Of a DNA stretch of 64,000 nucleotides, positions 26,477-35,670 are shown one piece after another. The stretch covers positions 595 through 64,594 of the forward strand of contig DAOOKJ010000002.1 of assembly GCA_035385585.1 (NCBI GenBank). The letters run 5' to 3'. The translations under genes and the position numbers were made by a program. Position 1 is the stretch's first letter; every line of letters starts with the position of its first letter. Source of the stretch: Minisyncoccota bacterium (lineage in GTDB: Bacteria > Patescibacteriota > Minisyncoccia > UBA6257). The notes under the pieces were generated by a model. The model was not told the DNA's origin. It made no database searches and saw nothing but the letters and a program-made list of their open reading frames with translations.

Positions 26477-28860
26477 ATGCTCTTCTTGCTATTTTAATTG
26501 GTTCGATTGTTTTGATTGTTTTATTATATATTCTTTTCTCTAAAGTTGTTTTTCGTCAAGAAGTAAAAGGCAGTTTAGAGTATCGTTTATTTTTAGTAAA
26601 GGTTCCAAGAGATTTTATCTCTGAAGAACAAAAACAACAAGCCAAAAATTTTTCTCTTTTTGCCAGTTTCTTTGAGCAAATACTTGAAGCTTTTAGTAAA
26701 TATAAAAAGGATTTAATTTTTGAACTGGCAACCCCTTATGATACCAAAGAAATTTGTTTTTACTTTGCCTGCCATAATAAAGACAGCGACTTTGCTATTA
26801 AAAATATCAGCGCTCTTTTCCCTTATATTCAAATTGATGAAATAACGGAAGATTATACTATTTTTTCTCCCAATGGTAAAACCGCTGGCGCTTATCTGAA
26901 ACTGACAAATCATTATGCTCTGCCAATAAAAACTTTTAAAAACTTTGAACAGGACCCAATGGAAACTATTGTCACAGCTTTTACTAAAATTGAACAATTG
27001 GAAGGGGCGGCAATCCAAATTATTCTAAAGCCAGCGGCTGAATCCTGCAAAAAAAGCATTTTAAATATTCGTAAATCTCTAATGGAAGGGAAAGATTTAA
27101 AAGAGGCAATTGCTTTGCCAAAAGATGTTATTTTAAAAACCTTGAAAGAATCAGCTAAAACGAAAAACAAAGAGCAAGAAAAAAATAAGGAAATTACTCC
27201 TCCTAAAATAGACGAAAACCTTATAAAAGCAATTGAAGAAAAAAGTCAGTGTCCTCTTTTCAGTGTGAACCTTCGTTTGATCACCTCGGCTGAAACCCAA
27301 AATCGGGCAAACGATATCTTGGCTCACCTGGAAGGAGCCTTTATGCCCCTAAATAATCCCGTGGGAAATATCTTCAAGGTTATTAAACTTAAGGTTAATA
27401 GAGTTTTAAAAAAATTCGTTTATCTTTTTGCCTTCCGTATTTTTGAACAAAAAACCAGCATTGTTTTAAACTCTTTAGAAATTGCGACAATTTTTCATTT
27501 TCCTCACCCATTCATTGATAATTCCCAAATTAAATGGCTAAAAGCCAGAAGCGCGCCTGCGCCTTTAAATCTTCCTCAAACAGGGGCTTTATTGGGAATT
27601 AATTTTTACAGCGGAGAGGAAAAACAAGTAAGAATTTTAGATGAAGATCGTCGGCGTCATATTTATATTGTTGGTCAAACTGGCACCGGTAAAAGCACTT
27701 TGTTAAAAAATATGTTAATTGAAGATATAAATTCCGGCAAAGGTGTGTGTTTTATTGATCCTCACGGCGATACCGCGGAAGAAATGCTTGGTTTTATTCC
27801 GGAGAATCGTTTTCAAGAAGTAATTTATTTTAATCCTGGCGACTATAAACGCTCTTTCGGTTTGAATATGCTTGATTGGGATAAACGTTTTCCTTTCCAG
27901 AAATCTGCCATTTCCAATGAAATGATAGAAATTTTTGATAAACTTTATGATTTAAAGACAACCGGTGGGCCGATTTTTGAACAGTATTTTAGAAACGCCC
28001 TCCTCTTGTTATTAGACGATCCGAACGAAACACATACTTTAATAGACTTGCCAAGAGTTTTAACTAATCCTGATTACCGAAAAAAACTTTTAGAAACTAC
28101 TCCCAATCCTTTAACCAAAGAATTCTGGATAAAAGAGGCGGAAAAAGCCGGTGGAGATTTAGCCCTGGCAAATGTGGCGCCCTATATTAATTCAAAACTT
28201 AATCCGTTTCTTGCTAATGACCTCGTCAGGCCAATCATTGGTCAGATTCACTCTTCAGTTGATTTCAGGAAAATAATGGACGAGGGAAAAATTTTTATTG
28301 TCAATCTCTCCAAAGGAATGTTAGGCGATATTAACAGCTACCTCTTGGGAATGATAATTGTGGGAAAACTTCTAATGGCTTCTTTTTCAAGAGTAGATAT
28401 TCCAGAAGAACAGAGAAAAGATTTCTACCTCTATATTGATGAATTCCAAAACATTACCACTGATACCGTTGCCACTATTTTTTCTGAAGCCCGTAAATAT
28501 CGATTAGATTTAACTGTTGCCAACCAATATCTTGCCCAATTAAAAGAACCAATTTTAAAAGCGGTTTTTGGCAATGTCGGAACTTTAATTTCTTTTAGGG
28601 TAGGAAAAGACGACGCGGATATTCTAGCAAAATATTTTGACCCGGTTTTCAACGCTTATGACTTAATGAATTTAGACAACTTCAATGCCTATATTAAGTT
28701 AATGATTCAAAACCAGACTTCCCGCGCTTTTAATATAAAAACTCTAAAATCGCCTCCACCAGATATTCAAAAAATAAACTATCTGAAAGAATTTTCTTCT
28801 TTGCAATACACCACTCCTCGTGAAGAAGTAGAAATGGAAATAAGAAAGAGATACGAGTAA
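26473..28860 (+). CDS. TraD/VirD4-like type IV coupling protein family ATPase with N-terminal TM segment
   Basis: Walker A GQTGTGKST, FIDPHGD, Walker B YLYIDEFQN; 795 aa. Confidence 0.55.
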   Translation: MNALLAILIGSIVLIVLLYILFSKVVFRQEVKGSLEYRLFLVKVPRDFISEEQKQQAKNFSLFASFFEQILEAFSKYKKDLIFELATPYDTKEICFYFACHNKDSDFAIKNISALFPYIQIDEITEDYTIFSPNGKTAGAYLKLTNHYALPIKTFKNFEQDPMETIVTAFTKIEQLEGAAIQIILKPAAESCKKSILNIRKSLMEGKDLKEAIALPKDVILKTLKESAKTKNKEQEKNKEITPPKIDENLIKAIEEKSQCPLFSVNLRLITSAETQNRANDILAHLEGAFMPLNNPVGNIFKVIKLKVNRVLKKFVYLFAFRIFEQKTSIVLNSLEIATIFHFPHPFIDNSQIKWLKARSAPAPLNLPQTGALLGINFYSGEEKQVRILDEDRRRHIYIVGQTGTGKSTLLKNMLIEDINSGKGVCFIDPHGDTAEEMLGFIPENRFQEVIYFNPGDYKRSFGLNMLDWDKRFPFQKSAISNEMIEIFDKLYDLKTTGGPIFEQYFRNALLLLLDDPNETHTLIDLPRVLTNPDYRKKLLETTPNPLTKEFWIKEAEKAGGDLALANVAPYINSKLNPFLANDLVRPIIGQIHSSVDFRKIMDEGKIFIVNLSKGMLGDINSYLLGMIIVGKLLMASFSRVDIPEEQRKDFYLYIDEFQNITTDTVATIFSEARKYRLDLTVANQYLAQLKEPILKAVFGNVGTLISFRVGKDDADILAKYFDPVFNAYDLMNLDNFNAYIKLMIQNQTSRAFNIKTLKSPPPDIQKINYLKEFSSLQYTTPREEVEMEIRKRYE

Positions 28861-28861
28861 T

Positions 28862-28892
28862 AAAAAAAGAGGGCAAATTGCCCTCAAATCTA
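28862..28892. terminator. Bidirectional hairpin terminator between convergent genes
   Basis: gagggcaa/ttgccctc stem flanked by A- and T-runs. Confidence 0.6.
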
Positions 28893-28899
28893 TCTTAGT

Positions 28900-29727
28900 C
28901 TATATTAACATAGTAAGCGACATAAATCGTGCTTCTTCTTTGCTGCTTCTGCCTTGTGAGATTAAATGGTGAGAATAAAAAAGACTATCAGAATCAGTTG
29001 TATGATATGCAGAACAACAAACAGTCATTGAAACTATAGGTACTTTCTTCTCAAACTCTTCTAACTGTTTTATGACTTCTCGATGAATATCAATAAAAAT
29101 TTCCTTTTGAGTTGTTTGATAGGTATTAAATTGATATCTGGCAGCCGGTCCGATAATAACAAACAATTCAAAGTTAGGATTAGAACTAGAAACTAATTTT
29201 ATTTTTCCCCTAGTATCATAGATTGCAGCAAGATATAGACCATGCAGAATTTCTAGAGCATCTTGAATAATGGCAATATTTTTCCTAGAAACATGAACAA
29301 GCATAAGGGTATCCGAAGATGGAAGATAAATACTTACCGGCGCACAATCAGCTGCCACAAACCCTAATGGAATTATAGGAGTAGGTTTTAGAAAAAGTAA
29401 CCCATCGCATTTCAAGGAAGAAAGCTTTAACCATCCTTCACCAGACATTTCTTTTTCTACTAATATGATTTCTTCAGACATTTGTGGATTCAGAATAATT
29501 GGTTCTAAAATTTTTCTAGACTTTTTTATCTCTGAAACTTTATGCAGTAGGTCAGACCAAAATACCTCTCTGTTTGCTTTAACTTGTTCGTGAGGACCAT
29601 ACTTATACGACATATTCCCGTACAATCTGGTACTATTTACCTGAACAAGCCTTTCTAACTGAATGAAGTGGATAATTCTTCCCTCTATATCTACTAATTT
29701 TTCTTCCCCTTTTTCATTTATTGTCAT
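28900..29727 (-). CDS. PgeF/YfiH (DUF152, laccase-domain) family protein, divergent
   Basis: AADCAPV (cf. TADCLPV), H-containing segment, C-terminal C.AY...LFYSHH..GR...MLI resembling YfiH tail C.Y...FFSYRRD..GR..WLI. Confidence 0.45.
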   Translation of the reverse strand: MTINEKGEEKLVDIEGRIIHFIQLERLVQVNSTRLYGNMSYKYGPHEQVKANREVFWSDLLHKVSEIKKSRKILEPIILNPQMSEEIILVEKEMSGEGWLKLSSLKCDGLLFLKPTPIIPLGFVAADCAPVSIYLPSSDTLMLVHVSRKNIAIIQDALEILHGLYLAAIYDTRGKIKLVSSSNPNFELFVIIGPAARYQFNTYQTTQKEIFIDIHREVIKQLEEFEKKVPIVSMTVCCSAYHTTDSDSLFYSHHLISQGRSSKEEARFMSLTMLI

Positions 29728-29947
29728 TTCTTACCTCCTTTTTACTTTCAAGAACATCTTCTACTCTTTGTTTCAAGTTTGCTATATTAGTATCAAGAAG
29801 TTTAGTTCCAAAATTGGATTCAGTGGAAAATAAAACTACCATAATAATGGGATCAGTAGATAAATTGTCTTCGCATATTCCTATTTCATACTTCTTGAGT
29901 TTTTTTTCTTTTAATTTTGCCCTTAAAAAATTCATTAACTCTTCCAT
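29714..29947 (-). CDS. Small hypothetical protein
   Basis: 77 aa ORF, operon position between two minus-strand genes. Confidence 0.35.
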   Translation of the reverse strand: MEELMNFLRAKLKEKKLKKYEIGICEDNLSTDPIIMVVLFSTESNFGTKLLDTNIANLKQRVEDVLESKKEVRNDNK

Positions 29948-29948
29948 T

Positions 29949-30149
29949 TCATGCCTCCTTTTCTGACCAAGTCAATTTGATTTTGAATTCCTTACCGCAA
30001 CTGCACTTGAAAAGAACTTTCTCTTTATTTTTTAGTTCATCGATTTTAATATAATCCCATTCTCCACAATATGGGCAAGGAAAAACTATTCCTAATTCTC
30101 CCACACCCACTTCAATTTCTTTCCTTTCTTCTTCTTCTTCTTTCTCCAT
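29949..30149 (-). CDS. Small zinc-ribbon protein
   Basis: CPYCG...(17 aa)...CSCG motif, acidic N-terminus. Confidence 0.45.
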   Translation of the reverse strand: MEKEEEEERKEIEVGVGELGIVFPCPYCGEWDYIKIDELKNKEKVLFKCSCGKEFKIKLTWSEKEA

Positions 30150-30322
30150 CTTTACCTCCTTTTAAAAAAATAAAAAAAGTTCTATAATTTTCAAAGAACT
30201 GTTTATATTTAATCACAAATTCCACCAAAAGTAAAGAGAAAGTTCCTAGTTGCTTAATTTTTGCTTTTTTGATAAAATGATTTTACTGGATTATAAAAAC
30301 TTCAAATTTAAATTATTTCACT

Positions 30323-31417
30323 GTGTCTTATTTGGTTTTATATCGCAAATATCGTCCCCAGTATTTTAAAGAAGTCATTAACCAAAAAAATGTTATTCTA
30401 ACCCTGGCTAATGCTCTAAAAGAAAGCAAAATTTCTCACGCCTATCTTTTTGCTGGCCCACGAGGTACGGGAAAAACAACCGTTGCCAGACTCTTGGCAA
30501 AAGCCTTAAATTGCAAGAATCGCCAGCAAAACGAATTTGAACCTTGTAATAATTGCGAATCTTGTTTAGCGATAAATAAAGGCAGTTCTCTGGATTTAAC
30601 AGAAATTGACGCTGCTTCAAACAGAGGGATTGAAGATATTCGGGCTTTAAAAGAAAATGTGAAATTTCCGCCAGTAAACTCAAATTACAAAATTTTTATT
30701 ATTGATGAAGCGCACCAGATTACCAGAGACGCTTTTAACGCCCTTCTGAAAACTTTAGAAGAACCGCCGCCATATATTGTTTTTATTTTAGCAACTACTG
30801 AACCGGAAAAATTACCCGCCACCATTTTGTCGCGGGTTGAACGTTATGATTTTAAAAAATTAAATTTAGTTGATATCATTGGTCGTTTGAAATATCTTTG
30901 CGAAAAAGAAAATATCAAATATGACGAAGAAGCTTTGAGATTGATTGCCTTGTATTCTGATGGGGGATTAAGAGATGCTGAATCTTTATTGGGGCAAATT
31001 TCCTTGATTACTTCAAACAACGTTACAAAAGAAAGCGTGGAAGAATTAACCGGCGCTATAAATTTAGAAAAAATTAAAAGGTTTATAGACAGTTTAATTA
31101 AGAAAAATAAAGAAAAAGCGATTGGTTTTATCAATGAAATTTACGACCAAGGCTACGAACTGGAAATTTTTAACAGTGAAGTAATCAACTATTTAAGAAA
31201 ACTTCTTTTATTAAAAATTTCACCGAGTTTGGCTTCAATTTTAGAAAAGGAAACCACTGATGAAGAGTTATCAATTCTTTTTAAACAAGCCCAACTAATA
31301 GAATTACCGTATTTAGAAAGATTACTCAAAAGATTAGTTGAGGTTCAGTATCAAATTAAACGCTCCCCAGTAAAAATTTTACCCCTGGAACTATTTATCA
31401 GCGAAGAATTGATTTAA
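30323..31417 (+). CDS. dnaX: DNA polymerase III gamma/tau subunit, short form
   Basis: GPRGTGKTT Walker A, CxxC zinc module, DEAH-like IDEAHQI, GTG start. Confidence 0.85.
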   Translation: MSYLVLYRKYRPQYFKEVINQKNVILTLANALKESKISHAYLFAGPRGTGKTTVARLLAKALNCKNRQQNEFEPCNNCESCLAINKGSSLDLTEIDAASNRGIEDIRALKENVKFPPVNSNYKIFIIDEAHQITRDAFNALLKTLEEPPPYIVFILATTEPEKLPATILSRVERYDFKKLNLVDIIGRLKYLCEKENIKYDEEALRLIALYSDGGLRDAESLLGQISLITSNNVTKESVEELTGAINLEKIKRFIDSLIKKNKEKAIGFINEIYDQGYELEIFNSEVINYLRKLLLLKISPSLASILEKETTDEELSILFKQAQLIELPYLERLLKRLVEVQYQIKRSPVKILPLELFISEELI

Positions 31418-31423
31418 TAAAAA

Positions 31424-31494
31424 TGCGGGGTAGTGTAACGGTAGCACGTCAGGCTCTGGACCTGAAAATTCTGGTTCGAATCCAGGCCCCGCAG
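31424..31494 (+). tRNA. tRNA-Gln (anticodon CUG)
   Basis: Manual fold: acceptor tgcgggg/ccccgca with U1:A72, anticodon stem tcagg/cctga, loop cuCUGga, T-arm tctgg-ttcgaat-ccagg, discriminator G; no encoded CCA. Confidence 0.7.
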
Positions 31495-31620
31495 CTACCC
31501 TCAGCCAAGGCTACAGAATAGGAAACTAATTTGAAAAATCTAACAATTTTTAATATAATTAAATAATGGTCGAAGATAGGTTTGTTCACCCCCGCGCAAT
31601 AAAATTAAATCAATAAAAAT

Positions 31621-32019
31621 ATGAAAGGATATTTTACTAATATAGAAAAAGATACTTTGGAAAATGAAAATTTTCGCAAAGTACTTTACACCGCCAAACA
31701 CTCTCAGTTGGTGTTAATGAGTCTAAAACCAAAAGAAGAAATCGGAATGGAGGTCCATCTTGAAAATGACCAATTCTTCCGTTTTGAAAAAGGAGAGGGG
31801 AGAGTAATTATTGACGGAAACGAATACCAAGTTTCCGATGGCTCGGCAATCGTAGTGCCAGCCGGTGCTCAGCATAACGTCATTAACCTGTCTGAAACCG
31901 ATAGTTTGAAACTATATACTATTTATTCTCCGGCTCATCACAAAGATGGAATTATTCGCAAAACAAAAGAAGAAGCAATATCCCAAGAAGCAGAATTTGA
32001 CGGAATAACAACAGAATAA
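31621..32019 (+). CDS. Cupin-domain protein
   Basis: 132 aa, double-stranded beta-helix pattern (VVPAGAQHNV). Confidence 0.55.
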   Translation: MKGYFTNIEKDTLENENFRKVLYTAKHSQLVLMSLKPKEEIGMEVHLENDQFFRFEKGEGRVIIDGNEYQVSDGSAIVVPAGAQHNVINLSETDSLKLYTIYSPAHHKDGIIRKTKEEAISQEAEFDGITTE

Positions 32020-32026
32020 ACAATTT

Positions 32027-32605
32027 ATGATTCTTTCTGACCGCGATATTCAAAAAGTAATTAAAGAAAAGAGATTGATTTTTAAGCCGGCTCTATCCAA
32101 AGACCAGATAGGGCCGGCTTCTATTGATTTAAAATTAGGCAGAATTTTTAAATCATTTAACATTTCAAAACAATCAATGTTGGACACAAAAAAAGGACTG
32201 CCAGACAAATCTTTTATTAGCACTCGGAAATTAAAAAACAATGAACCGTTTATCCTGCATCCAACAGATTTTGTTTTAGCCTCAACTAAAGAATATGTAA
32301 AAGTCAGCAACGACTTGGTCCTAAAAGTAGAAGGGAAAAGCACCTTGGCCAGAATGGGAATTTTGGTCCACACAGCTGGCTTTGTTGACCCGGGATTTGA
32401 AGGAACTTTAACTTTAGAAATTTCCAATCAGTCAAATTTACCAGTCGCCCTGTATCCAGAGATGTATATCTGTCAAATTGCCGTAGAACTTCTATCATCT
32501 CCTGCAGAAATACCTTATAATAAGCGAAAAAAGTCACTATATTCGAAATCCAAAGGACCAATAGAAAGTAAAACCCAAAACCTATTTGAAAAAAATAAAT
32601 TTTAG
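32027..32605 (+). CDS. dcd: dCTP deaminase
   Basis: MILSDRDI N-terminus, dUTPase-like fold, 192 aa. Confidence 0.75.
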   Translation: MILSDRDIQKVIKEKRLIFKPALSKDQIGPASIDLKLGRIFKSFNISKQSMLDTKKGLPDKSFISTRKLKNNEPFILHPTDFVLASTKEYVKVSNDLVLKVEGKSTLARMGILVHTAGFVDPGFEGTLTLEISNQSNLPVALYPEMYICQIAVELLSSPAEIPYNKRKKSLYSKSKGPIESKTQNLFEKNKF

Positions 32606-32654
32606 AGTAAAATGAGTAAAAGATAAGAAAAAATTTCAAATAATAATTAATCAT

Positions 32655-32726
32655 TCCGGGGTAGTTCAGCGGTAGAACGCCTGGCTGTTAACCAGGATGT
32701 CCGAGGTTCGAATCCTCGCCCCGGAG
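32655..32726 (+). tRNA. tRNA-Asn (anticodon GUU)
   Basis: Closely matches the bacterial tRNA-Asn pattern: acceptor tccgggg/ccccgga, anticodon arm cctgg-cuGUUaa-ccagg, T-loop ttcgaat, discriminator G; followed by hairpin terminator caccgt-atcaa-acggtg + T-run. Confidence 0.8.
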
Positions 32727-33098
32727 CACTGTAGAACACTTTGAGGCTTGAAGCACCGTATCAAACGGTGTTTTCATTTTAAACATTAGCTTTTCATCCT
32801 TTCACCTCTGTTCGTGCACACTGAATCCATCTATTGAACGAAACCCGAACCTATTTTAGAGAAAATCCCGACGCCGACTTTTAGTTGCCAGCCCGCCGAT
32901 GGCGGGTTGACAACTAAACCCGTCGGCTCGCGGGCAAAAAATTTCTTCACCTAAAACTCCTTTATTCTTTGCCCGCTCGCCGAAATTTCAGCCATTGCCC
33001 GCAAAGCAAGCGTAGATTTTTATTCAATGGATAGTACTATTCCAATTTGGCATATTCTATTATGGAATATATCATAAAGGCAGAGGTAATGTCAAATT

Positions 33099-33320
33099 AT
33101 GAGTAAAACAATTTATTCAAAAGAACATAGGCATATCATTGAGCAATTAAAAAAAGCCCGTGAAGAGGCTAATTTATCGCAGGAAGAAGTCGCCAAAATT
33201 CTCGGTAAAACCCAATCTTATATTTCAAAAATTGAATCGGGGCAGCGAAAGATTGACGTTATTCAGTTAAAAGAATTTGCAAAAATTTACAAGAAAAATT
33301 TAGATTTTTTCTTAAAATAA
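33099..33320 (+). CDS. XRE-family HTH regulator, size and context of a restriction-modification controller (C) protein
   Basis: 73 aa, LSQEEVAKILGKTQSYISKIESGQRKI helix-turn-helix; palindromes (tgga-TAGTACTA-ttcca) in its upstream region. Confidence 0.6.
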   Translation: MSKTIYSKEHRHIIEQLKKAREEANLSQEEVAKILGKTQSYISKIESGQRKIDVIQLKEFAKIYKKNLDFFLK

Positions 33321-33323
33321 ATT

Positions 33324-33863
33324 ATGCACATAAACGAAGTAAAAACAGCAATTAAAGTCGGTGATTTCGTATTAAGAAAAGGGAGTAAAAACAAAATCAG
33401 TTTCCAGTACTCACCAAATCTTAATAAAAAAACGCTTTCCGATGACTCCGCAAGAATATATTTAATTACTCAAGACGGAATCATTAAGAAAATAGGTGGT
33501 TCAATTCAGACAGGAGGAATTAAGGGTACTATCAGTTTTTATATCGGCGCGATGACAGGAAGTCCCGGTAGGCCAAGATTTATTGTTCATTTGCTTATTG
33601 AAAAAGCTCTTAAAAGTGGTTCAAAAGTGGCTTTATATATGATTACTTCACCAAAAACATCAGCCAAAGTTAGTGGTCTATTTGAAACTAAGAAAATGAA
33701 GATCGCTAGTTTCAAAGAAATGGAGGATTTATGTAAATTTGATTACTATTCTAAAGAAAAGAAATATCCTGATTGGAACTTTCAAGAGAATCATCAACCA
33801 TATCCTCCCGAATTAGAAAGGAAGTTTATGGCTTATCACCGGAAGCGTTTGAGTAAGAAGTAA
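33324..33863 (+). CDS. Hypothetical protein; candidate type II restriction endonuclease on positional grounds only
   Basis: 179 aa, 4 bp downstream of the C-like gene, stop abuts the stop of the convergent methyltransferase; possible D...ExK (QDG...LIEKA). Confidence 0.3.
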   Translation: MHINEVKTAIKVGDFVLRKGSKNKISFQYSPNLNKKTLSDDSARIYLITQDGIIKKIGGSIQTGGIKGTISFYIGAMTGSPGRPRFIVHLLIEKALKSGSKVALYMITSPKTSAKVSGLFETKKMKIASFKEMEDLCKFDYYSKEKKYPDWNFQENHQPYPPELERKFMAYHRKRLSKK

Positions 33864-35405
33864 TTATTTTCTTGGTGGACCATAGATTATTATTTCGTGA
33901 GACTCTTTTACATATTTACCATTGCCATTTTTCTTTCTGTTTAGTCCTATTCTTGTTTCTCCTTGCCCCATAGTATATTGCCAACTTGGGAAAAATTGTT
34001 GAAAGTCTTTGTAATATTCTGTTATTGTTGGACAATTATTGTAGGAAAGAATAAATCCTCCTTTGTGATTTTTTAGTAAATCTCGCAGAACCTCGTGGGG
34101 AAATCCATTGTGATGAACTGGAATATTTCTCATTGGGTAAATACCTTTAAACATTTTTGAATCTTTTCCGATATAATAAGGTGGATCGCAGTAGAGAAAA
34201 TCATTGGGATATTTGGGTATTACATCTCGGAAATCTGCACATTCTACTTTTAAGTTCCCTGGTTTAAAATCTCGGATTTTCTCTATCATACTCCTATATC
34301 TTTTATCATTTAGGTAAATTTCTGATGACCAACCCATAAATCCAGGCCCATAAGAGAGGTTAAAGTTGTAGACAAAATAAACAGCCAAAGTAAGGGGATC
34401 TAGTTTTACTTTTTTCTCCCAAACATCTCTTAAAATCAACCTTATTTTTTCAAAGGTTGTTTTATTTGGTTTTAGTTCTTTCAGTTTTTCGTAGAGTAGT
34501 TTCGGCTTTTCTATTTGAAATTTCCAGTAATTGCATAGAATATCAAAAATATCAAATCCGATAACTTCTAATCCCAACTCTTTAGTCATGGCTATTTCAA
34601 TTGAACCCCCTCCAAAAAATGGAGAAATAACTCTTTTTATATTATCCGGTAATAATTCAATAACGTGCCCAACTGCCAAAGTTTTCCCTCCGGCGTATCT
34701 TATAGGAGAAAGAGCAACTCTTTTGTATTTATTTTGACTATTTAGATTTTTACTTCTTATGTGGTTCAAAAACATTTTCTTTTTGTAAGCGAGTGTTTTA
34801 TCTTGAGGAAAGTTTTCCAAATTTCTTATGATTTTAACAACTACGCCCCGTACCTCAACTTCTCTACGATAGATCGGCAGCATAGCTTGATTTGCCGGCT
34901 GTAACCTTATACGATTTTTCTCTCTATAAAGTTTCTTAAGAGTGGCTTCGTTATCGTCGATAATAGCCACCACCGTTTGGCCGTCATCGGCGGTTTCTTG
35001 CTTGCGAATTACAACAATATCGCCATCAAATATACCATCATTAATCATACTATCGCCCTGAACACGCAGGGCATAATATTTCTCATTTGGTCTTATTTCT
35101 TTTTTGGATATAGTAACTTTAGAATCAGACACTTCTATTGCTTCTATAGGTTGACCTGCAGCAATAGTCCCTACGATAGGAATTTTTACAATTTCATCAC
35201 GCTTTGTAGTATCAATAGCGCACGGTTTATTTTCTTCTTTTTCCAGATATCCTAAGTCGCGAAGTTTTGAAACATGAAAGTGAGCCGTTGAGACAGAAGA
35301 AAGCCGGAAATGTTTTGTTATTTCTTCCAAAGAGGGGGCATATCCCTTTTTGTCGGTAAAAGATTTTATAAAGTCTAAAACTTGTTTTTGACGTTTTGTC
35401 AGCAT
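33864..35405 (-). CDS. In-frame fusion: complete LexA repressor (winged-helix, Ala-Gly cleavage site, S24 Ser/Lys peptidase) + Dam-family (D12 class) N6-adenine DNA methyltransferase
   Basis: N-terminal region aligns with LexA (MLTKRQKQVLDFI...; VGTIAAGQPIEA; RVQGDSM...VVIRK); C-terminal region carries RYAGGK, PFFGGGS and DPPY Dam motifs. Confidence 0.75.
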   Translation of the reverse strand: MLTKRQKQVLDFIKSFTDKKGYAPSLEEITKHFRLSSVSTAHFHVSKLRDLGYLEKEENKPCAIDTTKRDEIVKIPIVGTIAAGQPIEAIEVSDSKVTISKKEIRPNEKYYALRVQGDSMINDGIFDGDIVVIRKQETADDGQTVVAIIDDNEATLKKLYREKNRIRLQPANQAMLPIYRREVEVRGVVVKIIRNLENFPQDKTLAYKKKMFLNHIRSKNLNSQNKYKRVALSPIRYAGGKTLAVGHVIELLPDNIKRVISPFFGGGSIEIAMTKELGLEVIGFDIFDILCNYWKFQIEKPKLLYEKLKELKPNKTTFEKIRLILRDVWEKKVKLDPLTLAVYFVYNFNLSYGPGFMGWSSEIYLNDKRYRSMIEKIRDFKPGNLKVECADFRDVIPKYPNDFLYCDPPYYIGKDSKMFKGIYPMRNIPVHHNGFPHEVLRDLLKNHKGGFILSYNNCPTITEYYKDFQQFFPSWQYTMGQGETRIGLNRKKNGNGKYVKESHEIIIYGPPRK

Positions 35406-35443
35406 ACTCTTTAACTTTCGATTTATTTTCGATTACACTTTAA

Positions 35444-35471
35444 TTATAGGGAACATACCAGTCAATGTCAA
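35444..35471 (-). promoter_or_regulatory. Consensus sigma70 promoter (TTGACA-17-TATAAT on the minus strand) driving the LexA-methyltransferase gene
   Basis: Minus-strand reading cttgTTGACAttgactggtatgttcccTATAATtaaag. Confidence 0.5.
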
Positions 35472-35670
35472 CAAGTTTAGTTATCCACAGAGGGATAAAA
35501 AGCTATTGGATTTCGTAGGGTTTTCAGGATTCAACCTCACTAATCCGAAAAACAATATTCTTTTACAAGAATCGGTCGAATTGTAATTGTTTAAAGGATT
35601 AATTGTTGTTTGAAATACAACAACCTGAAATATTATTAATTAAGAACCCTGTAGGTTTGGATTAGATACC

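Noticed and set aside
33324-33863. Firm call of the 179-aa protein as a restriction endonuclease
   Set aside because: Only positional evidence and a weak D...ExK pattern; kept as a low-confidence candidate rather than a call.
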